Position numbers and translations under genes: made by a program. A stretch of 64,000 nt of DNA from Patescibacteria group bacterium (GTDB taxonomy: Bacteria; Patescibacteriota; Minisyncoccia; UBA6257; Colwellbacteraceae): contig JAMCQZ010000008.1 in the NCBI GenBank assembly GCA_023380305.1, positions 5,588 to 69,587 of the forward strand, read 5' to 3'. Shown one piece after another: positions 20,420 to 29,089 of the stretch. Numbering within the stretch: the stretch's first letter is position 1; each line of letters begins with the position of its first letter. The notes under the pieces are model-generated. The model had not been told where the DNA came from and made no database searches. It saw only the letters and a program-made list of their open reading frames with translations.

Positions 20420-22147
20420 TTATTGGTTGATCTCTCCGATATTTTCAATCAAATATTTGGAAAGCTTTTCGATATTCCCCTGGATTCGCTTCAGGCCGTA
20501 TTCCATCTCGCTCGCTTCTCGCTCGCTGATGTCCTTGTCACTATAGTTTTGTATCATTTTGGCGATATCTTTTTTGATAAGACCGAAGACCGCCACGATG
20601 TCTCTTTGGGCGATCAATATTCTCCGGCTGCGCATAATGCTTCGCTCCCTCATTGAAAACCAGCCGAGAAGAACGCCGACAATAAGCGTCGCGAGAAGCA
20701 ACCCGATCATGCCCGATTGAGTTATTTCGAATCCGCCGATCATCATGACCGGCCTTTCTTTGGCCGTGATCGCTTCCGATCGCGCTGGTAGACTTACCGC
20801 TCCGCGATTATCTTCAGCGACCGCCTCGATATAATAAACTCCCCGTTTCAAAGGATTGTTGAATTCTCCGGAAAAATTTCCGTTCTGATCCGGAGTCGCC
20901 TGGAGGGAAGCAATAACGTCGCCGGGCTTAGACCTTAAACTGACATTTACCACAAAGCTCGTAGACGCGGTGCCTTGGAATCTCAAGCCTCCTTCTCCAA
21001 CAAAGACCTGCCTGGTAACCGAGGTAATCGTCGGCGACGGCAACGGCAGAACCTCGAAATCAAGCGTGCTAATATTTTCGTTCCCGGCGTTATCGACGGC
21101 GGCTACCCTGACGATATGTTTTCCGGGGGTTAATTTAGAAAAAGTGAAGCTCGTATTTTTGGTCTCGACGGCCGCAGCGTTGTCGAGTTGGACTAAATAC
21201 GTCCTTATTCCGGAGAGAGAATCGGCGGATTTATAGTCGATGATCGGGCTTGGGTCCATTGTCGAAGCCGCCGGCGATATTTGAATATTAAACGCCAGCG
21301 GAGGTTCGCTATCTATCGCTAACCGATAATGAGCCGTCGGGCCCCAACCGATGTTATTTCTAAAACGCACGTGCAAATACGAGATGCCATCGGAAAGCGC
21401 GTTAAAAGTCTCATTGTCGAATAATCCTCCCGAAATAGCCGGACTGGCTGTCGGAAACTTGTCGATAATCGCGGCCACGGCGCCGACATCGCCGGGCAAA
21501 GTCCATTTAGCAAGAAAAGGCGCTATAGAGTTATACCAGGCGGCCGGATCCGGATAAAAAGGCACTTCCACCGTCGGTTTCACGGGCAAACCCGTGGCTG
21601 GGGCAGCTTCGCGGATGATCTGGGTGATGGGCGCGGCCGCTGCCGGCGGGACAACAACGCCGGATTTCGGAACAACGCTTAACTGCGCTCCGTTCATGGC
21701 CGATAAAACATTTGTCCCGCTGCCGTCGCTCGCCGTCACCGCGCCGTCGCTAAACACCAAATTTATCTGACCCGAGCCGACGGCCTTGAAGACCACCGAA
21801 ATTATTTGCAAGGACTGGCCGAATAAGCCGCTCGTCGATCCGCCGATAAACTTGACCTGGCCCTTCGCGTTATCGAAAACCGGATCCTGCAGCCAGAAAT
21901 TGATAACCGAACCGGTTTTATCGACACTTTGCGCCTGCAGAATATCTTTGGGGAAGTTCAGCGTTCCCTGAAAGGCATTCACTCCAGTGTTTTCGCTGTT
22001 TACGTGAATATCGACTTTAACCGTATCCCCTATCCCCAAGCTCATTTTGCTAGACACCAGATCCAAAGACGCGGCTTGCGCCTTTAAAGAACCGAAGAAG
22101 ATAAATCCTATAAATAGAAAAAAGAATAAATAAATTGTTTTTTTCAT
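20420..22147 (-). CDS. Cohesin-domain surface protein with signal peptide, Ig-like middle region and C-terminal TM anchor plus cytoplasmic coiled-coil tail
   Basis: Signal peptide MKKTIYLFFFLFIGFIFFGSLKAQAA. The first about 140 aa (IGDTVKVDIHVNSENTGVNAFQGTLNFPKDIL...INLVFSDGAVTASDG) fit the cohesin beta-sandwich consensus. TM GLLLATLIVGVLLGWF near the C-terminus. Confidence 0.65.
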   Translation of the reverse strand: MKKTIYLFFFLFIGFIFFGSLKAQAASLDLVSSKMSLGIGDTVKVDIHVNSENTGVNAFQGTLNFPKDILQAQSVDKTGSVINFWLQDPVFDNAKGQVKFIGGSTSGLFGQSLQIISVVFKAVGSGQINLVFSDGAVTASDGSGTNVLSAMNGAQLSVVPKSGVVVPPAAAAPITQIIREAAPATGLPVKPTVEVPFYPDPAAWYNSIAPFLAKWTLPGDVGAVAAIIDKFPTASPAISGGLFDNETFNALSDGISYLHVRFRNNIGWGPTAHYRLAIDSEPPLAFNIQISPAASTMDPSPIIDYKSADSLSGIRTYLVQLDNAAAVETKNTSFTFSKLTPGKHIVRVAAVDNAGNENISTLDFEVLPLPSPTITSVTRQVFVGEGGLRFQGTASTSFVVNVSLRSKPGDVIASLQATPDQNGNFSGEFNNPLKRGVYYIEAVAEDNRGAVSLPARSEAITAKERPVMMIGGFEITQSGMIGLLLATLIVGVLLGWFSMRERSIMRSRRILIAQRDIVAVFGLIKKDIAKMIQNYSDKDISEREASEMEYGLKRIQGNIEKLSKYLIENIGEINQ

Positions 22148-22161
22148 TTGATATTTTATTT

Positions 22162-25100
22162 TTATCCTTGCACTGTTCTTACAAAAATACTGAAGTCTTT
22201 GACGTCGACCACGCCGTCTCCATTGAAATCGATTCTTTTCCGCGCGGCTTGGTCAGTTGAGTTCCATAACGACAAAAAAATGCTTAAGTCTTTGACGTCG
22301 ACCACGCCGTCTCCGTTAAGATCGGTCTGGGTAGTGAAAAGTTGGGAAACGTTGAAGAACACCTGTGGCGAAAATTCGCTTTGGCGGCCGTCGGTTAATC
22401 GTTGTCGAGTCTGCACCGCATGAGATCCATAATTAAGATTGCCCGTATTAAACAAAATCTTGTAAAAACCAGCGACGTCTGCCGAAGTGCCGTAATCAAA
22501 CGCTTGGCGGTCAACAGTGAAGCTAATGGCGCTCCGTGGCGTCGCATAGCCTTGAATAGTGGCAAAATCGCCTTTCGTAACAGATTCTCGCAGGATACTC
22601 ACAGTCGGAGAAACCACTATATTCTCTTCAAAGAGCGCGCCGGCGACATCCAATTTATAAGACCGGGTCTGCACCGAATGGCCGTCTCTATCGGTTACGG
22701 ATAAAGCGTAAGTATAAATCCCTCTTTCCGTCAGGCCGTTGAAACGCACTTCGAAATCTCCGTACGAAGAAGTGACGGTTGTTTGAGTCAAGGTTTTTAC
22801 AACGCCAGTCGTGTTATCAAGATAAACCAAGGCCACTTTGGCTCCGGGAAAAGCTTTGCCTCTGAAAAGAATATCTGCCCGGAAATATCCCGGCACAGGA
22901 GTTGGCGCGGCCGGTGGCGGCGGAGCGGCGCTCCAGATTGCCAAGGATGTTGCCGAAACATTAAGTCCGGTGGAAGCCGTGTCGCTCAAGGAGAAATTGA
23001 CTGTTTCAGAAACGCTGTCGGTAATGCTCGCCGCGCCGACGCCGCTTGCGATCGTCACCGCTCCTCCGCCGGTGGCCGAACCAGAAACAACCAAGGTGAC
23101 CGAGCCGTTAAAAGTCGTCGCCAGATTGTTACTATTATCGACGGCTTTGATGGTTACGGAAATCGGAGATCCGGTTTGCGCCGTGGCCGGCGAGACGCTC
23201 ATTATAAATTTCGTGGCCGTCACCACGAGCGGGGCGACGACGACCGACCGCGAGGCGTCAGTGATGCCAGCGGAACCATCCGGAGCCGTGGCATTGTCCG
23301 AAACAGTTATGACATAAGTGCCGGCCGTATCGTCGTAGTACCAGAAATTAGCCGTGGAAGCGCCGTTCGGGATATCAATCGATTGAATAACATTTGATCC
23401 GGTCGCAGCGTCATAGAACTTCTTATTTGATGAAGTCGAAGTCGAATACAAATAGATTATGGTCACGCCCGTAGTAATAGTGTTATTGAAGCTATCGAGC
23501 CGACTTACCGTATAGCCAAGCCTGGCGCCCGCCGTCATGTTCCCTGGATTATTTAAAGCGAATTTGGCGACCGTAGCCGCGGTAAAGGTCACCGTTTGGG
23601 TTGAAGAAACGTCAAGCCCGGTGGGAGCGGTGTCGCTTAAGGAAAGATTGACTGTCTCGGCAACGCTGTCGGTAATATTTGCCGTTCCGGTTCCGTTTGT
23701 AATCGTTACCACTCCTCCGCCAGTGGCCGAGCCGGAAACAACTATGGTAACCGAATTATTGAAAGAAGTATCCACGGAATTGTCGGCTCTTTGAGCTTGG
23801 ATAGTGACGCTGACTGGACTGCTGACAGTATTATTCGTAGGCGGCAGAATGACGAGTTTGGTGGCGGTTGATGGCAGGCTAGTTACCATAAGCGAATCCG
23901 CAGCATCAGCGATGCCAGCGGCTCCATCCGGAGCTGCGACATTGTCCGAAGCGGTAATAGTGTAGGTTCCCGGAGTATCGTCCACGTACCAAAAATCAGC
24001 TGATGAATTGCCGGCTGTAATATTGATCGAAATGATGATGTTTCCTCCGGAGGCGGCGTCATAAAACTTTTTGTTGGCGGAAGACGAGGAAGAATATAAA
24101 TAAGCTGTGTTGACGCCCGAAGTCGCCAAGTTTCCATATTGGTCTTTTCTCGTAACCGTATAGCTAGCCCGCGAATTGGCGACCACGCTTCCCGGATGAT
24201 TAAGGAAGAAAGCGGAGACGGCTCCCGGAGCGAAGATAACGGACTTGGTCGAAGAAACATCGAGCCCAGTGGAGTTGGAGTCGGTTAGAGAAAGATTGAC
24301 TGTCTCGGCGACGGTGTCGGAAATATTCCGAGTACCCTCACCATTAACGATATTGACCACTCCTCCGCCGGTGGCTGAGCCGGAAACAACCAAGGTGACC
24401 GAATTGGAATAAGTCCCTGCCAAGGCGCCTGAAGAATCCTGGGCCTGGACAGTAACGGCGATCGGATTGTCGACTGTCCCGTTTGCCGGTTGGATAATGA
24501 CAAATTTGGTGGCCGCAACAATAACAGTTAGTGAATCCGTCCCCGGAGTGAGCACTCCGGAGGAAACAGTAATAGTCCAGGTCCCGGCTTTGTCGTCGAA
24601 ATACCAGAAGTTAGCCGAAGAATTGCCTGAAGTGATATCAATGGAAGTGATGATATTCCCTCCGGAAGCGGCATCATAGAACTTGTAATTGCCGGTAGAA
24701 TTGGAAGATAAGCTGACGGTGGTGGTTCCGGAAGTCACTAAGTTACCAAAAGAATCTTTTCTCGTCACCGTGTAGCTCGCTCTGGTACCAGCCGAAATTG
24801 TTCCCGGATGATTCAAAAAAAGAGCCGAAGCAGAAGAAGGATTGACGACCAGCGAATCTGTTCCCGGAGTAAGCGCCCCGGAAGAAGCGGTAATCGTCCA
24901 GGTTTCTGGGAAATCGTCGTAATACCAGAAGCTGGCTGACGAATTGCCGGCCGTGATATTGATCGAAGTGATGATGTTTCCGCCAGAAGCGGCATCATAA
25001 AAAGCTTTGTTCGTTCCGGTGGAGTTCGAGGAGAGACTGACTGTTGTTGTTCCGGAAGTCACTAAGTTGCCAAAAGAATCCTTGCGGGTGACGGTATATC

Positions 25101-26262
25101 CCGCGCGAGTGCCGGCGGTGATCGGACCGGGATGATTCAAAAAAAGAGCGGAAGCGGAAGAAGGAGCGAAAGTAACGCTTCTTGTCGAAGAGACATCCAA
25201 TCCGGTTGATTGGGAATCGGTAAGAGACAAGGTGATGATCTCGGCAACATTATCCGTGATGTTTTTGGTGCCGACACCATTTGTAATCGTGATCAATCCG
25301 CCGCCGGTCGCCGAACCCGTGGTGTTTAAGGTAACACCTTGATTGTAGGTTGTATCAACGCTGCCGTAGCTATCTTGAGCCTGGATAGTGATTGTAAGCG
25401 GGACGCCGGCTGTTCCTGGTCCCGGATCCAAGATGACGAATTTAGTGGCGGAAACAATCACAGTTAGCAAGTCTGTTCCCGGAGTGAGCGCTCCAGAAGA
25501 AGCGGTGATGGTCCAGGTGCCGGCTTTGTCATCCGTATACCAGAAATTGGCCGATGATGAACCATTATTAATATTGATTGAGGTGATGATATTGCCTCCG
25601 CTTCCCGCGTCATAAAAATTAAAATTGCCGGTGGAATTGCTCGATAGCGAAACGCCAATTGTTCCGCTGGTCACCAAATTGCCGAAAGAATCCTTGCGGG
25701 TGACGGTATAGGCCGCGCGAGTGCCGGCCGAGATTGTCCCCGGATGGTTTAAAAAAAGAGCCGAGGCGGAAGCGGGGTTAACAATCAAATTGTCAGTGCC
25801 GGAAGTAAATCCGGATTGAGAAGCGGTAATCGTCCAAGTCCCGGCGAGCTCGTCGTAGTACCAAAAATTAGCGGAAGACGATCCATCAGGAATAGTGACC
25901 GAAGTGATGATGTTGCCCCCGGAAGCGGCATCATAGAATTTCTTGTTAGCTCCAGTTGAAGAGCTCGACAGATTGACGACAGTCGAACCGATTGTCACCA
26001 AATTGCCGAAAGAATCCTTGCGGGTGACGGTATATCCCGCGCGAGTGCCGGCGGTGATCGGGCCGGGAGAATTAAGGGTAAAAACCGAAGCCACGTCAGT
26101 TACCATCACCGTCGGTGAAGAAGCAATATTAGTTAAAGTTCCGGAATCGGAAACTCTCGATTGGGTGGTAAAAACAGAATTGCCGACCGTACTCGTGGCC
26201 GTGGCGCCGCTTGCTCCGCCGCCAGCTCCGTAGATAACGGTAATGGTTTGCGGAGAAGCCAA
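22162..26262 (-). CDS. Giant repeat-rich surface protein ending in a type-I dockerin (C-terminal portion of a split gene)
   Basis: 1366 aa. Ten Ig-like repeats in A-A-B-A-A-B-A-B-A-B order, Pro-rich linker, beta-sandwich region, then DLNGDGVVDVKDLSIF...DFNGDGVVDVKDFSIF, two canonical dockerin Ca-binding segments. Starts with TTG immediately after an in-frame TAG. Confidence 0.75.
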   Translation of the reverse strand: MASPQTITVIYGAGGGASGATATSTVGNSVFTTQSRVSDSGTLTNIASSPTVMVTDVASVFTLNSPGPITAGTRAGYTVTRKDSFGNLVTIGSTVVNLSSSSTGANKKFYDAASGGNIITSVTIPDGSSSANFWYYDELAGTWTITASQSGFTSGTDNLIVNPASASALFLNHPGTISAGTRAAYTVTRKDSFGNLVTSGTIGVSLSSNSTGNFNFYDAGSGGNIITSININNGSSSANFWYTDDKAGTWTITASSGALTPGTDLLTVIVSATKFVILDPGPGTAGVPLTITIQAQDSYGSVDTTYNQGVTLNTTGSATGGGLITITNGVGTKNITDNVAEIITLSLTDSQSTGLDVSSTRSVTFAPSSASALFLNHPGPITAGTRAGYTVTRKDSFGNLVTSGTTTVSLSSNSTGTNKAFYDAASGGNIITSINITAGNSSASFWYYDDFPETWTITASSGALTPGTDSLVVNPSSASALFLNHPGTISAGTRASYTVTRKDSFGNLVTSGTTTVSLSSNSTGNYKFYDAASGGNIITSIDITSGNSSANFWYFDDKAGTWTITVSSGVLTPGTDSLTVIVAATKFVIIQPANGTVDNPIAVTVQAQDSSGALAGTYSNSVTLVVSGSATGGGVVNIVNGEGTRNISDTVAETVNLSLTDSNSTGLDVSSTKSVIFAPGAVSAFFLNHPGSVVANSRASYTVTRKDQYGNLATSGVNTAYLYSSSSSANKKFYDAASGGNIIISINITAGNSSADFWYVDDTPGTYTITASDNVAAPDGAAGIADAADSLMVTSLPSTATKLVILPPTNNTVSSPVSVTIQAQRADNSVDTSFNNSVTIVVSGSATGGGVVTITNGTGTANITDSVAETVNLSLSDTAPTGLDVSSTQTVTFTAATVAKFALNNPGNMTAGARLGYTVSRLDSFNNTITTGVTIIYLYSTSTSSNKKFYDAATGSNVIQSIDIPNGASTANFWYYDDTAGTYVITVSDNATAPDGSAGITDASRSVVVAPLVVTATKFIMSVSPATAQTGSPISVTIKAVDNSNNLATTFNGSVTLVVSGSATGGGAVTIASGVGAASITDSVSETVNFSLSDTASTGLNVSATSLAIWSAAPPPPAAPTPVPGYFRADILFRGKAFPGAKVALVYLDNTTGVVKTLTQTTVTSSYGDFEVRFNGLTERGIYTYALSVTDRDGHSVQTRSYKLDVAGALFEENIVVSPTVSILRESVTKGDFATIQGYATPRSAISFTVDRQAFDYGTSADVAGFYKILFNTGNLNYGSHAVQTRQRLTDGRQSEFSPQVFFNVSQLFTTQTDLNGDGVVDVKDLSIFLSLWNSTDQAARKRIDFNGDGVVDVKDFSIFVRTVQG
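22600..25900. repeat. Long tandem coding repeats (about 290-330 nt units, two alternating repeat types) within the giant surface protein gene
   Basis: Repeated peptides on the coding strand, and repeated artefactual peptides on the antisense strand (e.g. AVSLKEKLTVSETLSV at 22838 and 23537; MTNLVAATITVSESVPGVS at 24467 and 25388). Confidence 0.7.
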
Positions 26263-26286
26263 AGCAAGCGTGCGGACATTGATGGC

Positions 26287-27924
26287 CTATCCGATAAATG
26301 TCGGATTTCCCGGACCGAGCAAAACATCGTCTAAATAGACCGTCCGCGCGCTCACGTTAGCGTTGTATTTTAGGCCGTAGCTCAAGATACTCGAACGCGT
26401 TCCGCTTAAAGTAAGCTTCTGATACGTCCAGGTATTGGCCGAAAGAGCCGAGAGATTAAGGCTCGCTATCGGGCTCGCAAGCCCGGCCGAACTTGAATAT
26501 TGAAACTGGATGTCGCCGGCCGCAGCCGCTACAGTGGAATAAATCCAGAAACCAACCGTAGTGTATCCAGACCAGTTATTAGCTATGCTTAGATTTTCGT
26601 ACCAATAATCGCCGTTCACGGCATGCGAAGAAATGACGTTTTGGAGAGAGCCGATGCCTTCGTGCTTGGTCGCCGCGCTTGTCGAAAGAACCAACGTATC
26701 GGCGCTCGGCGCGGTCCAGTTCAAAATAGCGTCACAATTATCGATCTGTTTGCCGATGGCGTCGATATCGATATTGACCGCTCCGGTATTAACAACCCTT
26801 TCCAGGCCGTATGATTTTTGAATGATGTTTGAAGAGTTGGGCGCGCTCAAAACCACATATGTCCAGGTATTTGCGGCGAGAGCCGGAATATTGACCGTGT
26901 CGAGGGGCGAGCCGAAATCGGCTGAATTATCATCCTTCCAGACAAAATCCCCGGCATTCAAAGCAATGTTCGACCTGATCCAAAAACTAACTTTGCCTCC
27001 AGGGCCGATGACGAAATTGCCGTTATTGCTGTAGCACTGACCGGCGGTGCCGATTCCGGCTCCGGCAGCGTAGGCGCAACGGATGGCGGCGCTACCCTCC
27101 ATATAATTTCCAGCTGTGTTTAAAAGCGACCGGGTGATGCTTCCGTCGCTTTTCCAAGCAGTCAAAGAATCGGCTGCGTCGAAAAGCGGAGAGATGGAAT
27201 CGGTTTTGACGGTCGCCGCTCCAATGTCGGTTGTATAACGCAAGCCGTAAGACAAAATCGAAGTCCTTGTCGCCGCTCCGAGCGTCACCGAAGTGTAATG
27301 CCAGGTGTTCGCCGCCAAAGCCGGAATGGCGATGGTGTCGAGCGGACTCGCGAGATTCGCCGAATCATCGTCTTGCCAGGAAAGATCTCCCGAGGCAGTG
27401 GCGACGCTCGATTTCAAAAAAAGGCCGACGCGGAGATTGATGGCGTTGGCATCGCCCCAATTAGAGGCTGCGCCGTAATTAAAATACCATTGTTCGTTAG
27501 CGACGGCTGTGGAGCTGATTGTATTTGCTAAAGATCCTGTTCCTTCCGACTTGTCGCCAGTGTCGATGGATAAAGCCATGTGGTTCGATGAAAACCAGTT
27601 AGTCGTCGTATCCAAATTATTTCTGACATCGGCAATGGTTCCGGTCGAACTCGCCGTGGTGTATCCGACAACGCCGTTTATTCCCTGGGGAGCGCTCCAA
27701 CCGGCCGGCGCGGTGATACCGATGCCGCCGGAATCCATCAGCTCGGCTGCGGTAAAAGTAAAAGTCAAAGTATTGCCGGTTGAATTGCGGATAGCCGCCG
27801 TCGGCGTTACCGTGTTCGTTCCCGAACCGTCGGCCGCCAAAGCCGCCTTGATTCCGAGCGTAAACGCAAGCAATAATAAGGCCGCAAAATATAGCTTTAT
27901 TTTATGGAGATAGCTAAAAAACAT
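26287..27924 (-). CDS. Signal-peptide-bearing protein with three CBM-like (carbohydrate-binding-module-like) repeats; N-terminal portion of the split giant surface protein
   Basis: Signal peptide MFFSYLHKIKLYFAALLLLAFTLGIKAALA. Three about 130-aa repeats ending ...ANTWTY...SILSYGL(K/R)Y...YLDDV, a CBM4/9-like signature. Terminated by TAG at 26287-26289, which is in frame with the downstream ORF. Confidence 0.65.
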   Translation of the reverse strand: MFFSYLHKIKLYFAALLLLAFTLGIKAALAADGSGTNTVTPTAAIRNSTGNTLTFTFTAAELMDSGGIGITAPAGWSAPQGINGVVGYTTASSTGTIADVRNNLDTTTNWFSSNHMALSIDTGDKSEGTGSLANTISSTAVANEQWYFNYGAASNWGDANAINLRVGLFLKSSVATASGDLSWQDDDSANLASPLDTIAIPALAANTWHYTSVTLGAATRTSILSYGLRYTTDIGAATVKTDSISPLFDAADSLTAWKSDGSITRSLLNTAGNYMEGSAAIRCAYAAGAGIGTAGQCYSNNGNFVIGPGGKVSFWIRSNIALNAGDFVWKDDNSADFGSPLDTVNIPALAANTWTYVVLSAPNSSNIIQKSYGLERVVNTGAVNIDIDAIGKQIDNCDAILNWTAPSADTLVLSTSAATKHEGIGSLQNVISSHAVNGDYWYENLSIANNWSGYTTVGFWIYSTVAAAAGDIQFQYSSSAGLASPIASLNLSALSANTWTYQKLTLSGTRSSILSYGLKYNANVSARTVYLDDVLLGPGNPTFIG

Positions 27925-28054
27925 CGATTTGTAATTTCGCTATCAAACAACCAAAGCTGCTGGAGAGACTTTAAAGGAAAAAATCGGGCTACAAATTCAG
28001 AGTGATTTTATTATAGCACATAGCCGCGCAAAAACCATAGCAATATCCATAGAA

Positions 28055-29089
28055 TCACCAGATAAGCATGCCATCTCCGAAAGAAAAAAGGGAAAATCCC
28101 TTGGTGATGGCTTTTTTGTAAAGCCCGAGAATTTTTTCCCGGCCGACAAAAGCAGCGACGAGTATGAGTAGGCTCGATTTCGGCACGTGGAAATTAGTAA
28201 TCAAGCCGTCGATGTATTTGAATCGATAGCCTTCCTTGATGAAAAGATTTGTCTCCCCGATTAATTCAGAAAGTTTTCCTTGCTGGCCGCTGGCTGACTC
28301 AAGCGTCCGAACCACGGTCGTGCCGACGGCGATGATCGGCCGGCCCGCTGATTTGGCCTTGTTTAAAAAATCGGCGACAGCAGGCTTAATTTCGTAATAC
28401 TCTTTGTGAAGCCTGGACTCCTCCACCTGTTCTGGAGTCAGTTTGGCGAAAGTGCCCAAATTGACGTGTAAAGTGATAAACTTCAGATCAAATCCGGATT
28501 TCCGCAATTTCGACATCAGCCTTTTGGTAAAATGGAGCGAAGCGGTCGGTGCAGCTACCGAACCTTTGATTTTCGCGAAAACCGTCTGGTATTTTTGTTT
28601 GAGTTCAGATTCCTTGAGGGGCGAATGCTTGATGTAGGGCGGAATAGGCGTTTCTCCAAAGCGTTCCAAAATTTCCATGACGCGGCCGACTAAAAACGAC
28701 GGTTTAAAAAAATGAACATTCTCCTCTTGACGGACAAGAATTAAAGTTTCTTTTTCCCCAAAAAAGATTTTTTCTCCCGAATGGATTTTGCGGTCAACAA
28801 TAAACTTAAGCAATCCCTTCTCCGTCCCGAGGTAGAGCAACTGGATCTTGCCACCGGTCGCTTTCCTCGCCCAGATTCTCGCCGGCACCACTTTGGTTTC
28901 GTTAAAAACCAAGACGGCCCCCTTGGGTAGATAACAGCCGAGGTCGCGAAAAATATCGAAAGCAATCTTGCCCGTCTTCCGGTTGTAGACCAAAAGCCTG
29001 GCGCTGTCCCGCGGACTGGCCGGCTTCTGGGCAATCGCCATTTCCGGAAACGAATAATCGTAAAGCGCGAGCAGTTTCTCGAAATCCAT
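28055..29089 (-). CDS. queA: S-adenosylmethionine:tRNA ribosyltransferase-isomerase
   Basis: 344 aa with typical QueA N-terminus (PRDSARLLV...VFNETKVVPAR). Confidence 0.9.
   Translation of the reverse strand: MDFEKLLALYDYSFPEMAIAQKPASPRDSARLLVYNRKTGKIAFDIFRDLGCYLPKGAVLVFNETKVVPARIWARKATGGKIQLLYLGTEKGLLKFIVDRKIHSGEKIFFGEKETLILVRQEENVHFFKPSFLVGRVMEILERFGETPIPPYIKHSPLKESELKQKYQTVFAKIKGSVAAPTASLHFTKRLMSKLRKSGFDLKFITLHVNLGTFAKLTPEQVEESRLHKEYYEIKPAVADFLNKAKSAGRPIIAVGTTVVRTLESASGQQGKLSELIGETNLFIKEGYRFKYIDGLITNFHVPKSSLLILVAAFVGREKILGLYKKAITKGFSLFSFGDGMLIW

Noticed and set aside
22148-22423. 91-aa plus-strand ORF with duplicated KSLTSTTPSPL
   Set aside because: Antisense to the dockerin. The duplication reflects the two dockerin segments.
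22783-23397. 204-aa and 159-aa plus-strand ORFs (also 23537..23794, 24467..24679, 25388..25615, 25943..26233)
   Set aside because: All lie antisense within the repeat array of the giant surface-protein gene. Their internal repetition simply mirrors the coding repeats.
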